DNA from: Euglena gracilis
Taxonomy: Eukaryota
Assembly (NCBI GenBank): GCA_039621445.1
Contig: CP154954.1
Span: 13,200,716 to 13,264,715 of the forward strand
Length of the DNA: 64,000 bases
Direction of reading: 5' to 3'
Below, piece by piece: positions 1 to 10,888 of this stretch (positions are counted from its first letter, which is position 1; every line of letters starts with the position of its first letter). The position numbers were made by a program, and so were the translations under genes. The notes beneath the pieces are model-generated. The model was not told the DNA's origin and searched no databases. It saw only the letters and a list, made by a program, of their open reading frames with translations.

Positions 1-1091
1 AACGATGTGGGGAACAGTATAGAAGCCTTTCAGGCTGATTTGCCAGTCTGGTACATGTTCGTACAAGATTTGGCCCCATATTTGGCTTTTGGCCAAATTG
101 GCTGGGCCTAATTCAAAATTTCACGATCTCTTCAAATAAGAGTACCGTGCGGAGTTACAGCGATCTGATAGCATCGCTGAACGGCTCGTCCAACGAGCTT
201 TCGAATGAGGGGTAACATGGCCTATCGGCCAGCTACGGACGCTGAGATACGTCTTTGATCTTTTGCCTGTGTGAGTGAGCTTTTGCTATAAGCTCCCATA
301 ATTTATTCTACAAAGACAACTTTTGGTTTCTATCTCATAGGCACTACTACATACAGTCAAAACCTCATGGCACGAGGTGCCAGAAATTTTGAAGCTTTTG
401 TGGTGGTTTTGAGGCTATGCCAAAGTGACACTTATGCAAATCTGCATAAAACTAGCCTATTTGGCTTGTTTTGGCCAATTCAGCCACTTTCAGCTACATA
501 ATATGGCTTTTTGTGCCATTTTTTGAGGTCCTATGGACTTTTCACTTTATAATATGGATTTGTGGACCTTTGTCCTTTTGGTCCTTGCAATTTGTGCAAA
601 TTGGTCCTATGGACCCATGGACCACATGGGTAATGGCCCATAGGCCTTGCACATCATAGGGTGTATTGGTCACATAGACCTAAGGCTAAGTGGTCAAGTC
701 CACAAAAATGCATGTTTGAATGAATTTTCTTCATTTTCTTTTTGCAGGGGGGCAACTATGTTGCACATAAAAGAAATGAAATTGTGAGCATTTTCCCATA
801 TCTGGATTGCATTTTGCCAAAGTATAAGCCATTTAGGCACAAAACTGCTATTTAAGCACAAGTTGGATAAGTTTTCGGGAAAAATGCAGTATTTGCAATA
901 CATCCCAAAAACTTTATCACATAACGTGTGTTGCTTTGCTCTATAGAGCTTTGGGAACACCAAAATATTTTTGGTGTGGGAATGGATTGGGCAAAGAACC
1001 GTATTCACATAAAACTTCACTTCTTGTTTGCTGTCATCAAACAAAATCTGCAATTTGATCATGTGGTACAGAAACAAACATCCATGAACAG
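1..1091. repeat. AT-rich interspersed repeat, copy 1 (truncated by window start); second copy at 23616-24704
   Basis: Collinear near-identical sequence from aacgatgtggggaacagtatagaagcc to ...gaaacaaacatcc(a/c)tgaacag at both positions; no convincing ORF; family unknown. Confidence 0.85.
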
Positions 1092-2286
1092 AATTGCGGA
1101 TTTCCACACATATATCTTTGGGAATGATTCCCAAAAGAATATGGGTGGTTTGGGCGTATACCCATGTGTCATAAATGCACGATAGTGGTCACACCACATC
1201 GTGAGAAAGGGGGGTTGCCAAGGTGGGTGGCGCGATACGCGCCGGGTCTAGCGCGATACGCGCATGATATGGCGCGATACGCGCGGGGGGGGGGGGGCAG
1301 TTGCCTCACTGCACAACATGTGCGGGGGGGGGGGGAGGCTTGGAAGCGCGATATGCGCACGATTCGCGCGACGCGCGGTGTGCGCAATTAGCGCTTGGGG
1401 GGGAATGTGAGCTATGCGCATCGGCATTGATGTGCGCTATGCGCTTCGGGGGGAATGTGCACATAGTGCTGAATTTGTCTTGCACTTGACAAAAATCGGT
1501 CAATGAGTAGAGCTCTCCGTTGGAGATAGAGTGTGGGGGGATTAGTTTTGATGTATATATTCACCTTTGTGTTTGGTTGGTGATTGTGTGGAAAGTTCTC
1601 CCAGAGTGCACACCATGGGGGGAAGGTGCGGAGTAGTTGTCCTTGTCGCGCATGTCGGTCTGCGGGGGTGAGTGTGTTGGAAAAATGAGTATGCGACTTT
1701 TGAAGCTGCTGGGGGTGTACAGGATTGTCTGAATCAACAAACCTGGTGGAAAACGGAAAGTTGAAAGCAGCTGGGCGACTACTCGACACCGTTTAAACTT
1801 CAGGCCTTAGGGCTTTCGTCTTGGAACCCAGTGAAACGAATGGGGGTTAAGCTACTTGTTACCCCTACCGCATGTGGAACGTTTGTGGATATGCGGTGGT
1901 TAGGGGGGGCACTTTCTCTTTACCCCGGGTTGAAAACGGTGTTGGTGTTGTTGAAAACGGTGTTGCTGTCATCGAAAACGGTATGTAAAAGTGATGATTA
2001 GTGGAAGTTTGAGGGGGGGGGAATAATTTTGCGGTGTTGTGTGCATTCTTGGAGCGGGAATCCACTCAACCACATGGTCATTCATGGGCTATCCCATGAT
2101 AAACCACAACCGGAAACACAAAAGTGTCTATATGTCAAAGGTTCATGTAAATTTTGAGTGGGGACACCAGAAAATCCTTGCACACTGACCAGAAAGGATA
2201 CTGGGCAGGGGATGACTAGGGTCGCGACTCCTGTCACCTCCTTTCTAGTAGCCTCTGTAGTCCGCATCCTTGGATTTTTGGTTCCA

Positions 2287-5200
2287 TCACTCAAAAACCG
2301 AACCGGTGGCCATATCAGCCGTTGACTTTCTTGACGCATATACGTCTCTGACTATATGAGCGCTAAAGCGGGGATGATCCCTTTGGTTACGTGGGGTATC
2401 ATCCCCCTCCCTGCCCGAAGCCGGGTGATAATCCTCGATAGAGGTTGTTGTTTGACCTACCTTGTGCCTTTTGGCTGAAGTATGATCTTTTGAACTGCGA
2501 CTCATATCGCGATGACTCTGGCTTGGGTGGGGAGGAGTCGCATAGCGACATTTGGGTGAGGGGTGGTTAGTGGATCCGCACAGTGAACATGTGGATCTTG
2601 ATCGATATTTTGATTTTTGCGAATGCGCATTTTGTGAAAAACGAGAACTGCATGATGAGGCTGATCCTCTTGGGCTTGCGTTGCGCTTTCGCGCTGCGGG
2701 ATGTGGACAATGGCAAGAAATATGACCCTTTTTGTTACACAAAAAGCACAATTTGTCCGAAAATTCTTCTGAAGAGCGCGAATTGCGCAATTTGGATTCC
2801 GCTATAGCGGTATGTGATAAGCGTGACACTTTTTTCAAAGAACTGACTTGGATAGCGGGTATTTCTGCTGTGGGGTGGCTCGTATAAGCCGACTGGATTT
2901 GTCCCAGAAGCTGTGATAGCTTCAATTGTTTGGAAACATAGTTCCATCGCTCATCGAGCGTCAAAATATGTCCCGCGAGTTCCTCGCGGTGAATTTCTTT
3001 GATAATTTTGGGTATAAAGTGCAGTAATACTGCGTCAAATTGCTCTTTCATTTGGGTTTCGCCTAACTCGTCTACTTCGGCTGTCAAACAAAGCCACTTT
3101 GAGTACCATAGGTCTATCGACCTCCATTTTCGGTCATGGGGGGCATATTGCTGCCATTTTCTCTCCAGAGTGATTCTGGAAACCAAACTTGAACATGAAG
3201 AAGCATATTGCTCTACCAAATCCTGAAAAGAAATGCGCCCGCGTATGACCAATTGTCTGGCGCGTTCCTTTTCGTCTTTTGGTAAACAGTCTATGAATTC
3301 CATTTTGATTACTTCTGGGTTTCCGTCTTGGGTTGGACCCTTCAAGTCCCAGAAGTATTCCCAGTCACGGAAAAATTGTTTCCATGTGGTCGGGTCACCG
3401 TCCCATTGGGGCTTCACCTTATTCGCGATTGCGATGGTGTTTGTGAAATCTTTCTGAGTAACCCGTGGCCCTTCGGTGGTATTCATGGTGGGTGGGCCCG
3501 GGCGCGGTATCGCACCACGTGTGGATACACCGGTGGCTGCACCAAGTGTGTTGTTGTGGAAATTATGCGAATGCGCATGGAACATACCACCAAGTGTACC
3601 ATAGGTACCATGTACATTTGGGGTGTCGCGAATGCGCGAATGGTGATGCGAATGCGCATGGGGGGGTGACGTGTCACATGGTTGTACTGTTGGGGATTCC
3701 AAGCGTATTTGCGAGGAATGACCAGTAACTGGTGTGGGATTGCGGCCCATACCGCTAATTAGTTCGGACTGCCGAATCTCTTGACTTAAGAGGTGGGTTG
3801 GTCTGGATCTCGATGGAAAACCCGACTCATCATCCGAAAACTTGTCCATTGGGACTGGTAACACCACGGGGGGAACTTCCACATGAGCGGAAATGTGGTT
3901 TGGTGGCAATGTGCCAGTAGGCTCTTCAATGGTTGCGCGAATAGCACTTTCTGAGGTGAAGGATGTGGCAAGTGTGCCAACCATACCCAAATGCGGGATT
4001 TTTTGTACAGAACGCAATTGTGCGTGTACTTGGTCCAAATTGGTTGCCAACTCGTGCACACTTTGCTCCAAATTGTCAACAACTTGCAAATTGTCGTTTA
4101 TCCGACTCACATCATCCTGTAAGCGCCTAATTCGCTTTCGGTGTGAGGGTAACTCATCCAAAAGCAGAGTTTTGTCATAGATCGACTGCAAGTCCTGTGC
4201 AATTGCACCAAACCCAGTGTCTAATTCTTGAACTCGTACCGCTAAAGTGCGTATCACACTGGAAATGGCCTCCAATTGTGGAGATGGTTGGTCCGAATGC
4301 GGACTTTTGACTATTTCAGCCTTTGGCTGTTCAATTAAGACCGAAACTTGCGCGGATAGCGCGGTAATGTCATTTTGCAGTTTTGTGACATCCTGCTTCA
4401 CCGTTTTCTCGGTGTTCATGAGACTATCACAAAATCCTTGCATAATTTCGTGATTTTCCGCGCGCATTTCAGCGCAAAACTGCTCCAAGTGTAGGGATGT
4501 GAGTGTGGGTATGGGTGTGGTCGACGGCAATGCGTCTGGGGTTGGTGATTGCACCTGAAGCAATTTTGTGCTTAATTCTTGCATGCATATCTGCAAATCC
4601 GCTATCGCGGTTTGAATTACGGTTGCATCCGTAATTTTGCCATTTGTTTCCGCACAGCGGGCATGAAACTTAGCCATAGCGGCTTCAATTTCTACCATGT
4701 CACTTTGCCGCTGTTGTTGCAAATCCTCAAACCTACTCGCAATATTTGCGATTTGGGTGTGAAAACTTGCAACTTCAGCAGGAAATTTACCAGAATGACG
4801 AGATTTCTGCTCCAATCGAGAAAGTCTCTCCTCCAATTGTTGCACATAAGTGCGGGAGGCAAAACTTTCATGTGCTTGGGCAGAAACTTGTGCAAAATTC
4901 GCGGAATCACCGCTCAATTGGAGAATGCGCTGTTGCGCTTTCTGGGAATCAGTTGCAAGGTTGGAAAACTGCTGCAGTGTGATAAATTGTCCGATAGGAC
5001 TTGGACATGGGAGCACATGTGGGGTCGGGAAAAAAATTGGTATTTCTAACCCAACCTCAACAAAAAGTGGATGTGGCGCAACCGCCTCAGAATCAAATGT
5101 GCCTATCGGCATTGGTGCGATATCTCGCTGGGGGGTAAAACTGTCAGCCGTTCGGCTTTCCAACAAGAGCTGTTGTGCCCGTTGGGCAATGGATTGCTCG

Positions 5201-5781
5201 ATAGATCTGGGAACGGTGGGGGAATGCTCTATAGAGCTGGGGGTTGGAGGTAATTGCTCGATAGAGCTGGCCACTGTGGGGGGATGCTCGATAGAGCTAG
5301 ACACCATTAGGTGTGGCACCCATTGGGTGGGGGGTTGCTCGATAGAGCTGTGGGGGGAATGCTCGATAGAGCTGGAAAGCGGGGTGGGGGAATGCTCGGT
5401 AGAGCTGAAAATTACGGTAAGGGGATGCTCAATAGAGCTGAAAACTGTGGTGGGGGTGTGCTCAATAGAGCTGGAAACCACTGGGGTGGGGGAGTGCTCA
5501 ATAGAGCTGGAAAACAGGGTGGGGGGTTGCTCAATAGAGCTAGGGAAGGCAACCATGGAGTGTGGCACACCTTGGATGAGGGAATGCTCGATAGAGCTGA
5601 ATGTGTCCCCCGATAGGGGTGAACAAGCTTCTAGGAGCCTATACTCCGCTTGTAATAATGCATAACAATTGCTTCTCAAAGAACCAATCAATTCCTGGTA
5701 ATCAATGAGTGTGTTGGTGCTTGAGCTCTGCATAGTTTTATTTCCAGAAACAAACACAATCAAACCCCAAAAGGTAAGCAA
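2287..5781 (-). CDS. gag: Gag-like protein of Ty3/Gypsy family B (SSIEH repeats, coiled coil, capsid-like region, two CCHC zinc knuckles); true start probably the ATG of MQSSST near 5733
   Basis: 1164-aa ORF; CFLCNKKGHISCHC and CSLCGSTNHPSPKC; C-terminal half closely similar to the 12969-16979 Gag (KVKPQWDGDPTTW..FFRDWEY); lies downstream of an LTR and PBS. Confidence 0.85.
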   Translation of the reverse strand: MLTFWGLIVFVSGNKTMQSSSTNTLIDYQELIGSLRSNCYALLQAEYRLLEACSPLSGDTFSSIEHSLIQGVPHSMVAFPSSIEQPPTLFSSSIEHSPTPVVSSSIEHTPTTVFSSIEHPLTVIFSSTEHSPTPLSSSIEHSPHSSIEQPPTQWVPHLMVSSSIEHPPTVASSIEQLPPTPSSIEHSPTVPRSIEQSIAQRAQQLLLESRTADSFTPQRDIAPMPIGTFDSEAVAPHPLFVEVGLEIPIFFPTPHVLPCPSPIGQFITLQQFSNLATDSQKAQQRILQLSGDSANFAQVSAQAHESFASRTYVQQLEERLSRLEQKSRHSGKFPAEVASFHTQIANIASRFEDLQQQRQSDMVEIEAAMAKFHARCAETNGKITDATVIQTAIADLQICMQELSTKLLQVQSPTPDALPSTTPIPTLTSLHLEQFCAEMRAENHEIMQGFCDSLMNTEKTVKQDVTKLQNDITALSAQVSVLIEQPKAEIVKSPHSDQPSPQLEAISSVIRTLAVRVQELDTGFGAIAQDLQSIYDKTLLLDELPSHRKRIRRLQDDVSRINDNLQVVDNLEQSVHELATNLDQVHAQLRSVQKIPHLGMVGTLATSFTSESAIRATIEEPTGTLPPNHISAHVEVPPVVLPVPMDKFSDDESGFPSRSRPTHLLSQEIRQSELISGMGRNPTPVTGHSSQIRLESPTVQPCDTSPPHAHSHHHSRIRDTPNVHGTYGTLGGMFHAHSHNFHNNTLGAATGVSTRGAIPRPGPPTMNTTEGPRVTQKDFTNTIAIANKVKPQWDGDPTTWKQFFRDWEYFWDLKGPTQDGNPEVIKMEFIDCLPKDEKERARQLVIRGRISFQDLVEQYASSCSSLVSRITLERKWQQYAPHDRKWRSIDLWYSKWLCLTAEVDELGETQMKEQFDAVLLHFIPKIIKEIHREELAGHILTLDERWNYVSKQLKLSQLLGQIQSAYTSHPTAEIPAIQVSSLKKVSRLSHTAIAESKLRNSRSSEEFSDKLCFLCNKKGHISCHCPHPAARKRNASPRGSASSCSSRFSQNAHSQKSKYRSRSTCSLCGSTNHPSPKCRYATPPHPSQSHRDMSRSSKDHTSAKRHKVGQTTTSIEDYHPASGREGDDTPRNQRDHPRFSAHIVRDVYASRKSTADMATGSVFE
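5188..5600 (-). repeat. Coding minisatellite in gag: ~12 copies of gctc(g/a)atagagctg with variable spacers, encoding SSIE(H/Q)xP
   Basis: Read directly in DNA and protein; also present at ~25899-26160. Confidence 0.9.
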
Positions 5782-5967
5782 AGGAACAAACTTAGAAGGA
5801 TGTGGCAGCGTATACTGCCCAGAACCTCCTGAAGCTTGTACCTGTGCTTAGAAGTTGGCTCCAAACAGCTCGTTGATGCTTTGTAGCCTATAGGCTCAGC
5901 ACCACTCACTGTTTGAAGTCACCTGTTTAGATGAAGGGGGAGTAGGGGGGAGAAGGGGCGTAGGAAA

Positions 5968-5986
5968 GAAACCAAATCTGCTACCA
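5968..5986 (-). promoter_or_regulatory. Primer-binding site (initiator tRNA-Met type) of family B element
   Basis: Minus strand reads TGGTAGCAGATTTGGTTTC next to the LTR end; complementary to a ...UCUGCUACCA tRNA 3' end. Confidence 0.8.
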
Positions 5987-5988
5987 AG

Positions 5989-6420
5989 TGTACGTCCCCT
6001 GACTCTATTCCCACTGCCTGTCGGCCTACTTACACCCTCCCGTGGGAACAGAACCAGGAGAGTAACAAAAAAGAAAGTCTTTCACTTAACTATTAGTTTT
6101 TATTGCCTTTGGGCTTATGCAGAGCACAAGGCAGGTGGAGGAGCCCTATGGGCTACGGAAATCGATGCCAAGTTCTTGGCTGTCCTTTCAGGACTTCAAA
6201 TCAGAAAAATCAAACTTGAAACTCAAGTCTTGAATCAAAGACCAGAATGGAATAAAATAATACCACCTGTGAAAAGAGAAGGCAGATCCGAGATAGGATA
6301 GGCCATTCCTAATTCTGCAATTTGTATTGCAGAACATGGAATGATACTATCTGGCATGCCACTGTACATTCTGCAGATTGCTGCTATGCACAGTGCCATG
6401 TTCATGCTGCCTGGTACACA
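5989..6420 (-). repeat. 5' LTR of family B element; no matching 3' LTR downstream in the window
   Basis: tgtacgtcccctgactc...cctggtacaca; homologous to 21203-21620, 26540-26957 and inverted 25428-25845; adjacent PBS. Confidence 0.85.
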
Positions 6421-7031
6421 CCAAGGGCCAGAAATGCATGAAATTGCACCTCTTTCAAAATTTTCGAGGCCAGAAAAGATATACCCACCAGCCCGTACCC
6501 CACCCCCCAGTGGGGGGGGGAAGGGGGTCCAAGGGACCCACCCACCCCACCCCCTCCCCCCCGGGGAGGTGTCCAAGGCTTAAAAAAAAAACCCTGTTTC
6601 CAATCTCCTGCGTTCATGGGGGAACCCATGGTCAGGGACCATAGGCCACTGTAGAACGGCTGGTTCAACATCAGGCTTTTGCTCAAGGACCTGGGGGGGG
6701 GGGGCTAATCGGCTGGACCCTGGAAAAAAAATTGACTTGCTAAACCCCCCCCCCTCCACCCCCCGGTCCGGGGGTCCCCGCAGCTGGAAAAAATTTTCCT
6801 GCGAGGTGGAAGTGAGGTTTTTAATCGGTCTTTGGCTGATTTTGTTCCAAAAATTCCCCAAATTGGACTAGCCGCAGTCCAGCCCCCCCCCCTCCAGGGG
6901 TACTGCAATCCCTTAAGCAAAAGCCTGTTCAACACAGAAGGTTGAAGTGCTTGTGCAGCGCAACTTCAGGCTCAACTTTTGCTCGGTCTTCCGAGCATTC
7001 AGGAGCCACAGTACGGGACATTGAATGAATG

Positions 7032-9038
7032 CTGCACCCCCATCTCCGGCAGAAGTGCAACCACCGTTAGGGGATGAACCCCTGCCGACAGAGACATATG
7101 TCGCACCGGCTACAACGGAGGTTCAACCTCCCGTAGCACCTGCGCCAGCGGTTGTGGAGGATCAACCTCCTCGACCGGATGTCGAAATGGAAGTGGAGGA
7201 AGTACCCCCACGACCACCGACACCGCGCAGGATCCCTGCCGTCCCGAGGACAATGGCAGAGTTTATGGGAGTGTCAGCGCCTGTGGAAGCACCGATTCCG
7301 GTGACGACCACAGCACCACGCCCCGTCGGGCAGGATGACCCTGCTCGGCGCAGGGCGACTGAACAACCCCAGGAACGAGTGCCGACCCTCCGGAGCGTCA
7401 TGCGCGATCCAGCGGTCATTATGCCTGCTTCGCCCAGACGGCAAACGTCTGCTCCGGCACCATCGGCTCCTGATACCAGGAGTAAGCCACAGGCGTCGCC
7501 TCCTGATTCCTGGAGTGCGAAGCCGAAAGGAGGCAAACCGGGTGCTGTACCCTTTAAACCCCCTGCCAAAGGCTATGATGGGAAACCACCACCGAAAGGT
7601 AGCGCTGGAGGTCAGACTGGCGGACAGTCGAAAGGCCCTACGACAATGCACGACTATTCGGCCGTCACATCGTCCGGGTACGGCAAGAGCAAACCGAAAG
7701 GTAAGGCTCATGGTCTCAGGCCCAATCTTCCGCCGGATCGACGAATGAGGAGCAGGATGAATCTTCTTCACCTCCCGTGTCTGCGGATGCCCATCTCTGG
7801 ACTCAGGATATCCTGACCAGACTAGGCACCGTGGAAGAGAGGACGAAGAAACTGGCTGCTATTAGGCACCAGAAAGGGTCACATAATCGATGGATTCAGC
7901 CCCTCTTCGTCCGAGGAGAACCTTTCCACTATGTCCCGGAACATACCTGGACATTCTGGAACAGGCGCTCACCCAGAGTACTGGCACAGTACTTTGGCGA
8001 GGATTGTGTGTTGGATTTCCAGCACGGCACGTCACTTGCCTGAACGTGCACCGTGTGCCACCATCTGCGGTACTACCAACCGCTTGTGCATGTGTGCAAG
8101 CGGCAGGTGCAATCCACGACGTTCCATCACAGGGCATATGTGCTGAACTGTGTGGCGCTCGTATGTGGCGAGTGCCTGAACGCCTGGAAGCACAGCTTGA
8201 ACTACTCCTACAGTGAGAATGCTCACGACAGGGATATCCCTGCCTTGTGCATCAACTGTACAGGGGCCAAGTTCGTGCAGACTGCTGATGGAGCAGTCAC
8301 CACCATTGTCCCCCAGCACTTGGAGACACTGGAGAAGTGGAAGAAGGAGTACAAGCAGGTGGAAGGCCGCCTGAACCACTCCGACTTCCGAAAGGTAGAA
8401 AGCTACCGCCACACGGGAATGGCCCGTGAGTTCCAGATCGACGCTGGGGCAATGCGCCTCGCCGTCGAGGAACACGCCAAGGTAAGAATGCCTTACCTCT
8501 GGACTGATGGCGACTGGGAGACACAGGTTTACCCCCTGTTCTCCAAGCGTCAGCACGGCGGATACGCCTTGCCACTGTGGCCTCCTGAAGAACACGATTT
8601 AGTGGACTTCAAGGGTTGGTTGGCGGCTGTATTACGGCCCCATACTGCAAGAGCTCGGACAGCGAAGTGGATGTATGACATCAACTTCAAGCAGACCCCG
8701 GGGATGCCCCCGCAGGTGTCTGCGAATCACCCCTGGATGAATTACATCATCTGGCCGGTGATGCTGCCCAGAATTTTCTGGGAACAGCTCCAACGGTACC
8801 TTCAGCACATTGCTGACCGTACCAGGGAGAAGCAGCCGGACAGTTGGATCAAGGACTGGGAGACCCCATCCTTTGGTGTCAAAGATCCGGAGCACAGCGT
8901 GAGGTGCGCGAACGCCCAGCCGATAAAGGCAGGTGAGGTGGCTGTAAGCGCCAATGCAGCGTCTTTCAGAAACCTCGTCAGGTATTTGCCTGACACCCTG
9001 TTCGGGTATTTGCCCGAACACCCCTTCGAAGACCCTTT
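7032..9038 (+). pseudogene. Partial array unit: 3' part of unknown ORF3, frameshifted, with internal stop at 8041 and a deletion near 8897
   Basis: Near-identical to ~33310-35406. Confidence 0.85.
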
Positions 9039-9061
9039 GCGGTATATATATTATATACCGC

Positions 9062-9715
9062 CCGAAAGGCAATGGTAGAGCCGAGGCAGCCGTGAAATCC
9101 GTTGTCAATATCGTTGCCAGGGTTGGTATTAGCACACTCACCGTACAAAATTGTTTTCGGACGAGACCCTCCGGGCATAGCGGATATCCCCTCGGAGAGA
9201 CCCGACCGAAGTAGTGTCAGCTGTGAAACGTGGTTTGCAGAAGTGGAATCACTCCGCTCTGCAGTCCAATCACGTGTCACAGAAATTCATTCCAACAAAC
9301 GGAAATCTTTTTTACAAAACTTCAACATACCCGTGTATAGTCCAGGTCACCGCGTGTGGGTACGGAATAACCGCACCCGCATGCAATCTTCCAAGCTAGA
9401 TCATCTTTGGCTCGGCCCATGCGAATTTTTGGAGAGATTAGGTAGTATCGGGCGATATAAAGTTGCCTTGCCCAACGGGATTGAGGACGTCCATATGGAC
9501 GACTTCAAACCGTACCTAAGCCCCCCAGACGGAAAGGCTATCACCTGCCTATATTTCAAGCCCCGTTCCAGATTACCTGAAACGGACGACTTTGTGGTCG
9601 ATAAGATAATAGAGCACAAGGTCGACAGGGGTGTGCACTACTGGAAAGTTCGCTGGAAAGGGTATGGGCCAGAGGAGGACACTTGGGAGCCAGCATCCAG
9701 TTTTGTTGGACATAT
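9062..9715 (+). pseudogene. Gypsy integrase C-terminal half plus chromodomain (family C); interrupted at 9716 and resuming at 17537
   Basis: NGRAE catalytic-Glu motif, SPYKIVFGRDP, WLGP (GPY/F), chromodomain VDKIIEHKVDRGVHYWKVRWKGYGPEEDTWEP. Confidence 0.9.
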
Positions 9716-9717
9716 AG

Positions 9718-10025
9718 TGTACGTCTGATTCCCAATTCCCAATTCCCAAAAAGCCTTCGCTTTCGCCTTGGCGCACCTACTTGGGAACTAAAAATCAGAG
9801 TAACAGTAAAAACCCTTTTCCCACTTCCCAAGAAGCAACGCACGGAGCAATGCAGGGAGGACGGACTGGAAATCCAAGTCCGGTCCAAGGAAAAGGAAGG
9901 AAAAGGTATAAGAAGAATACCACCTGTGGAGAGAGAAGGGGGCACCCATTAGGAGATCCTAATAGGATCTGCTTCCATCCTAACTTCCTCAACGGAAGGG
10001 GACAGAAGCATACGCCTGGTACACA
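9718..10025 (-). repeat. 3' LTR, family C
   Basis: tgtacgtctgattccc...cctggtacaca, with PPT (tccccctccc on + strand) adjacent. Confidence 0.92.
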
Positions 10026-10888
10026 TCCCCCTCCCAGGGCTATGCCCGATTTCCCCTTTGGACCAGGCATTCTGGCCACAGGGATTTCGGACACAGACCT
10101 GGTCTGTGGGAGGTGCACCCTGGCGCATCCACAGGGGCCCTTTCCGTCGCACAGGGGTCCACTCAAAGGGGGGGGGGGACGGAAAGGAGGGGACCCAAAA
10201 GCCCAAAACGCGCAAAATGGTTTCACCTATTTTGCGGTGGCTTATGGGGTATAGTATATTATAGCCCATTGGGGAAAATGGGGCTGGCAGGTTTCCTTGC
10301 CAAGCAAACCCATCCACCCAGTTTGGGTGTGCCAAAGGCACTTGGGGTTGGGTCCATGGGCATTCCAGGAAAACCCATGGGGAGGGTGTGGAAGGAGGGG
10401 GCCTCTGACCAGTCAAACCTGGGCAGGGCGCATGGCCAGTCAAACCTGACCACGCAAAAGGAAATCCTACTCTACAAAACCAACTGCCGGCAGCATTTGC
10501 CCCGGGGGGAAAGTAGAGAGGAGTGGGGGGTTGGCTTAGGCCAGAAAAGTTGTGCTGTCTGGCAGCCTTAAGGCCTCAAACGGCCGAAAAGAAAAGAAAG
10601 GGAAAGGAAAAGGGGCCGTCGGCCCTGTGCGCTGCGTGTCGCACGCCCGCGAGAGAGGAGAGGGGAGAGGGGTGTGCATGCATGCGCACGGAATCCTGCA
10701 CATGGCAGCATCCCGGTGGGAACTTACTAGCGGCGAATACCGCAAAGGGTCTTCGAAGGGGCTGTTCGGGCGAATACCCAAACAGGGTGTCAGGCGAATA
10801 CCTGACGAGGGTGCTGAAAGACGCCGCATTGGCGCTGACAGACACCTCACCTGCCTTTATTGGCTGGACGTTCGCGGACCTCACGCCA

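Noticed and set aside
1229-1385. gcgcgatacgcgc short repeats and G-runs
   Set aside because: A few degenerate copies with no definable element ends.
5188-5600. CRISPR-like palindromic repeats with variable spacers
   Set aside because: The core is only ~13 bp, spacers are related to each other and preserve frame inside gag, there are no cas genes, and the context is eukaryotic TE DNA.
4850-5665. Long antisense ORFs here and throughout the array
   Set aside because: They are shadows of the real coding frames in GC-rich or repetitive DNA.
6421-7031. Possible MITE with C/G-run hairpins
   Set aside because: I could not define terminal inverted repeats or a TSD by eye.
9729-9749. Telomere-like (TTCCCAA)3
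   Set aside because: Only three copies, and they are a fixed part of LTR-C.
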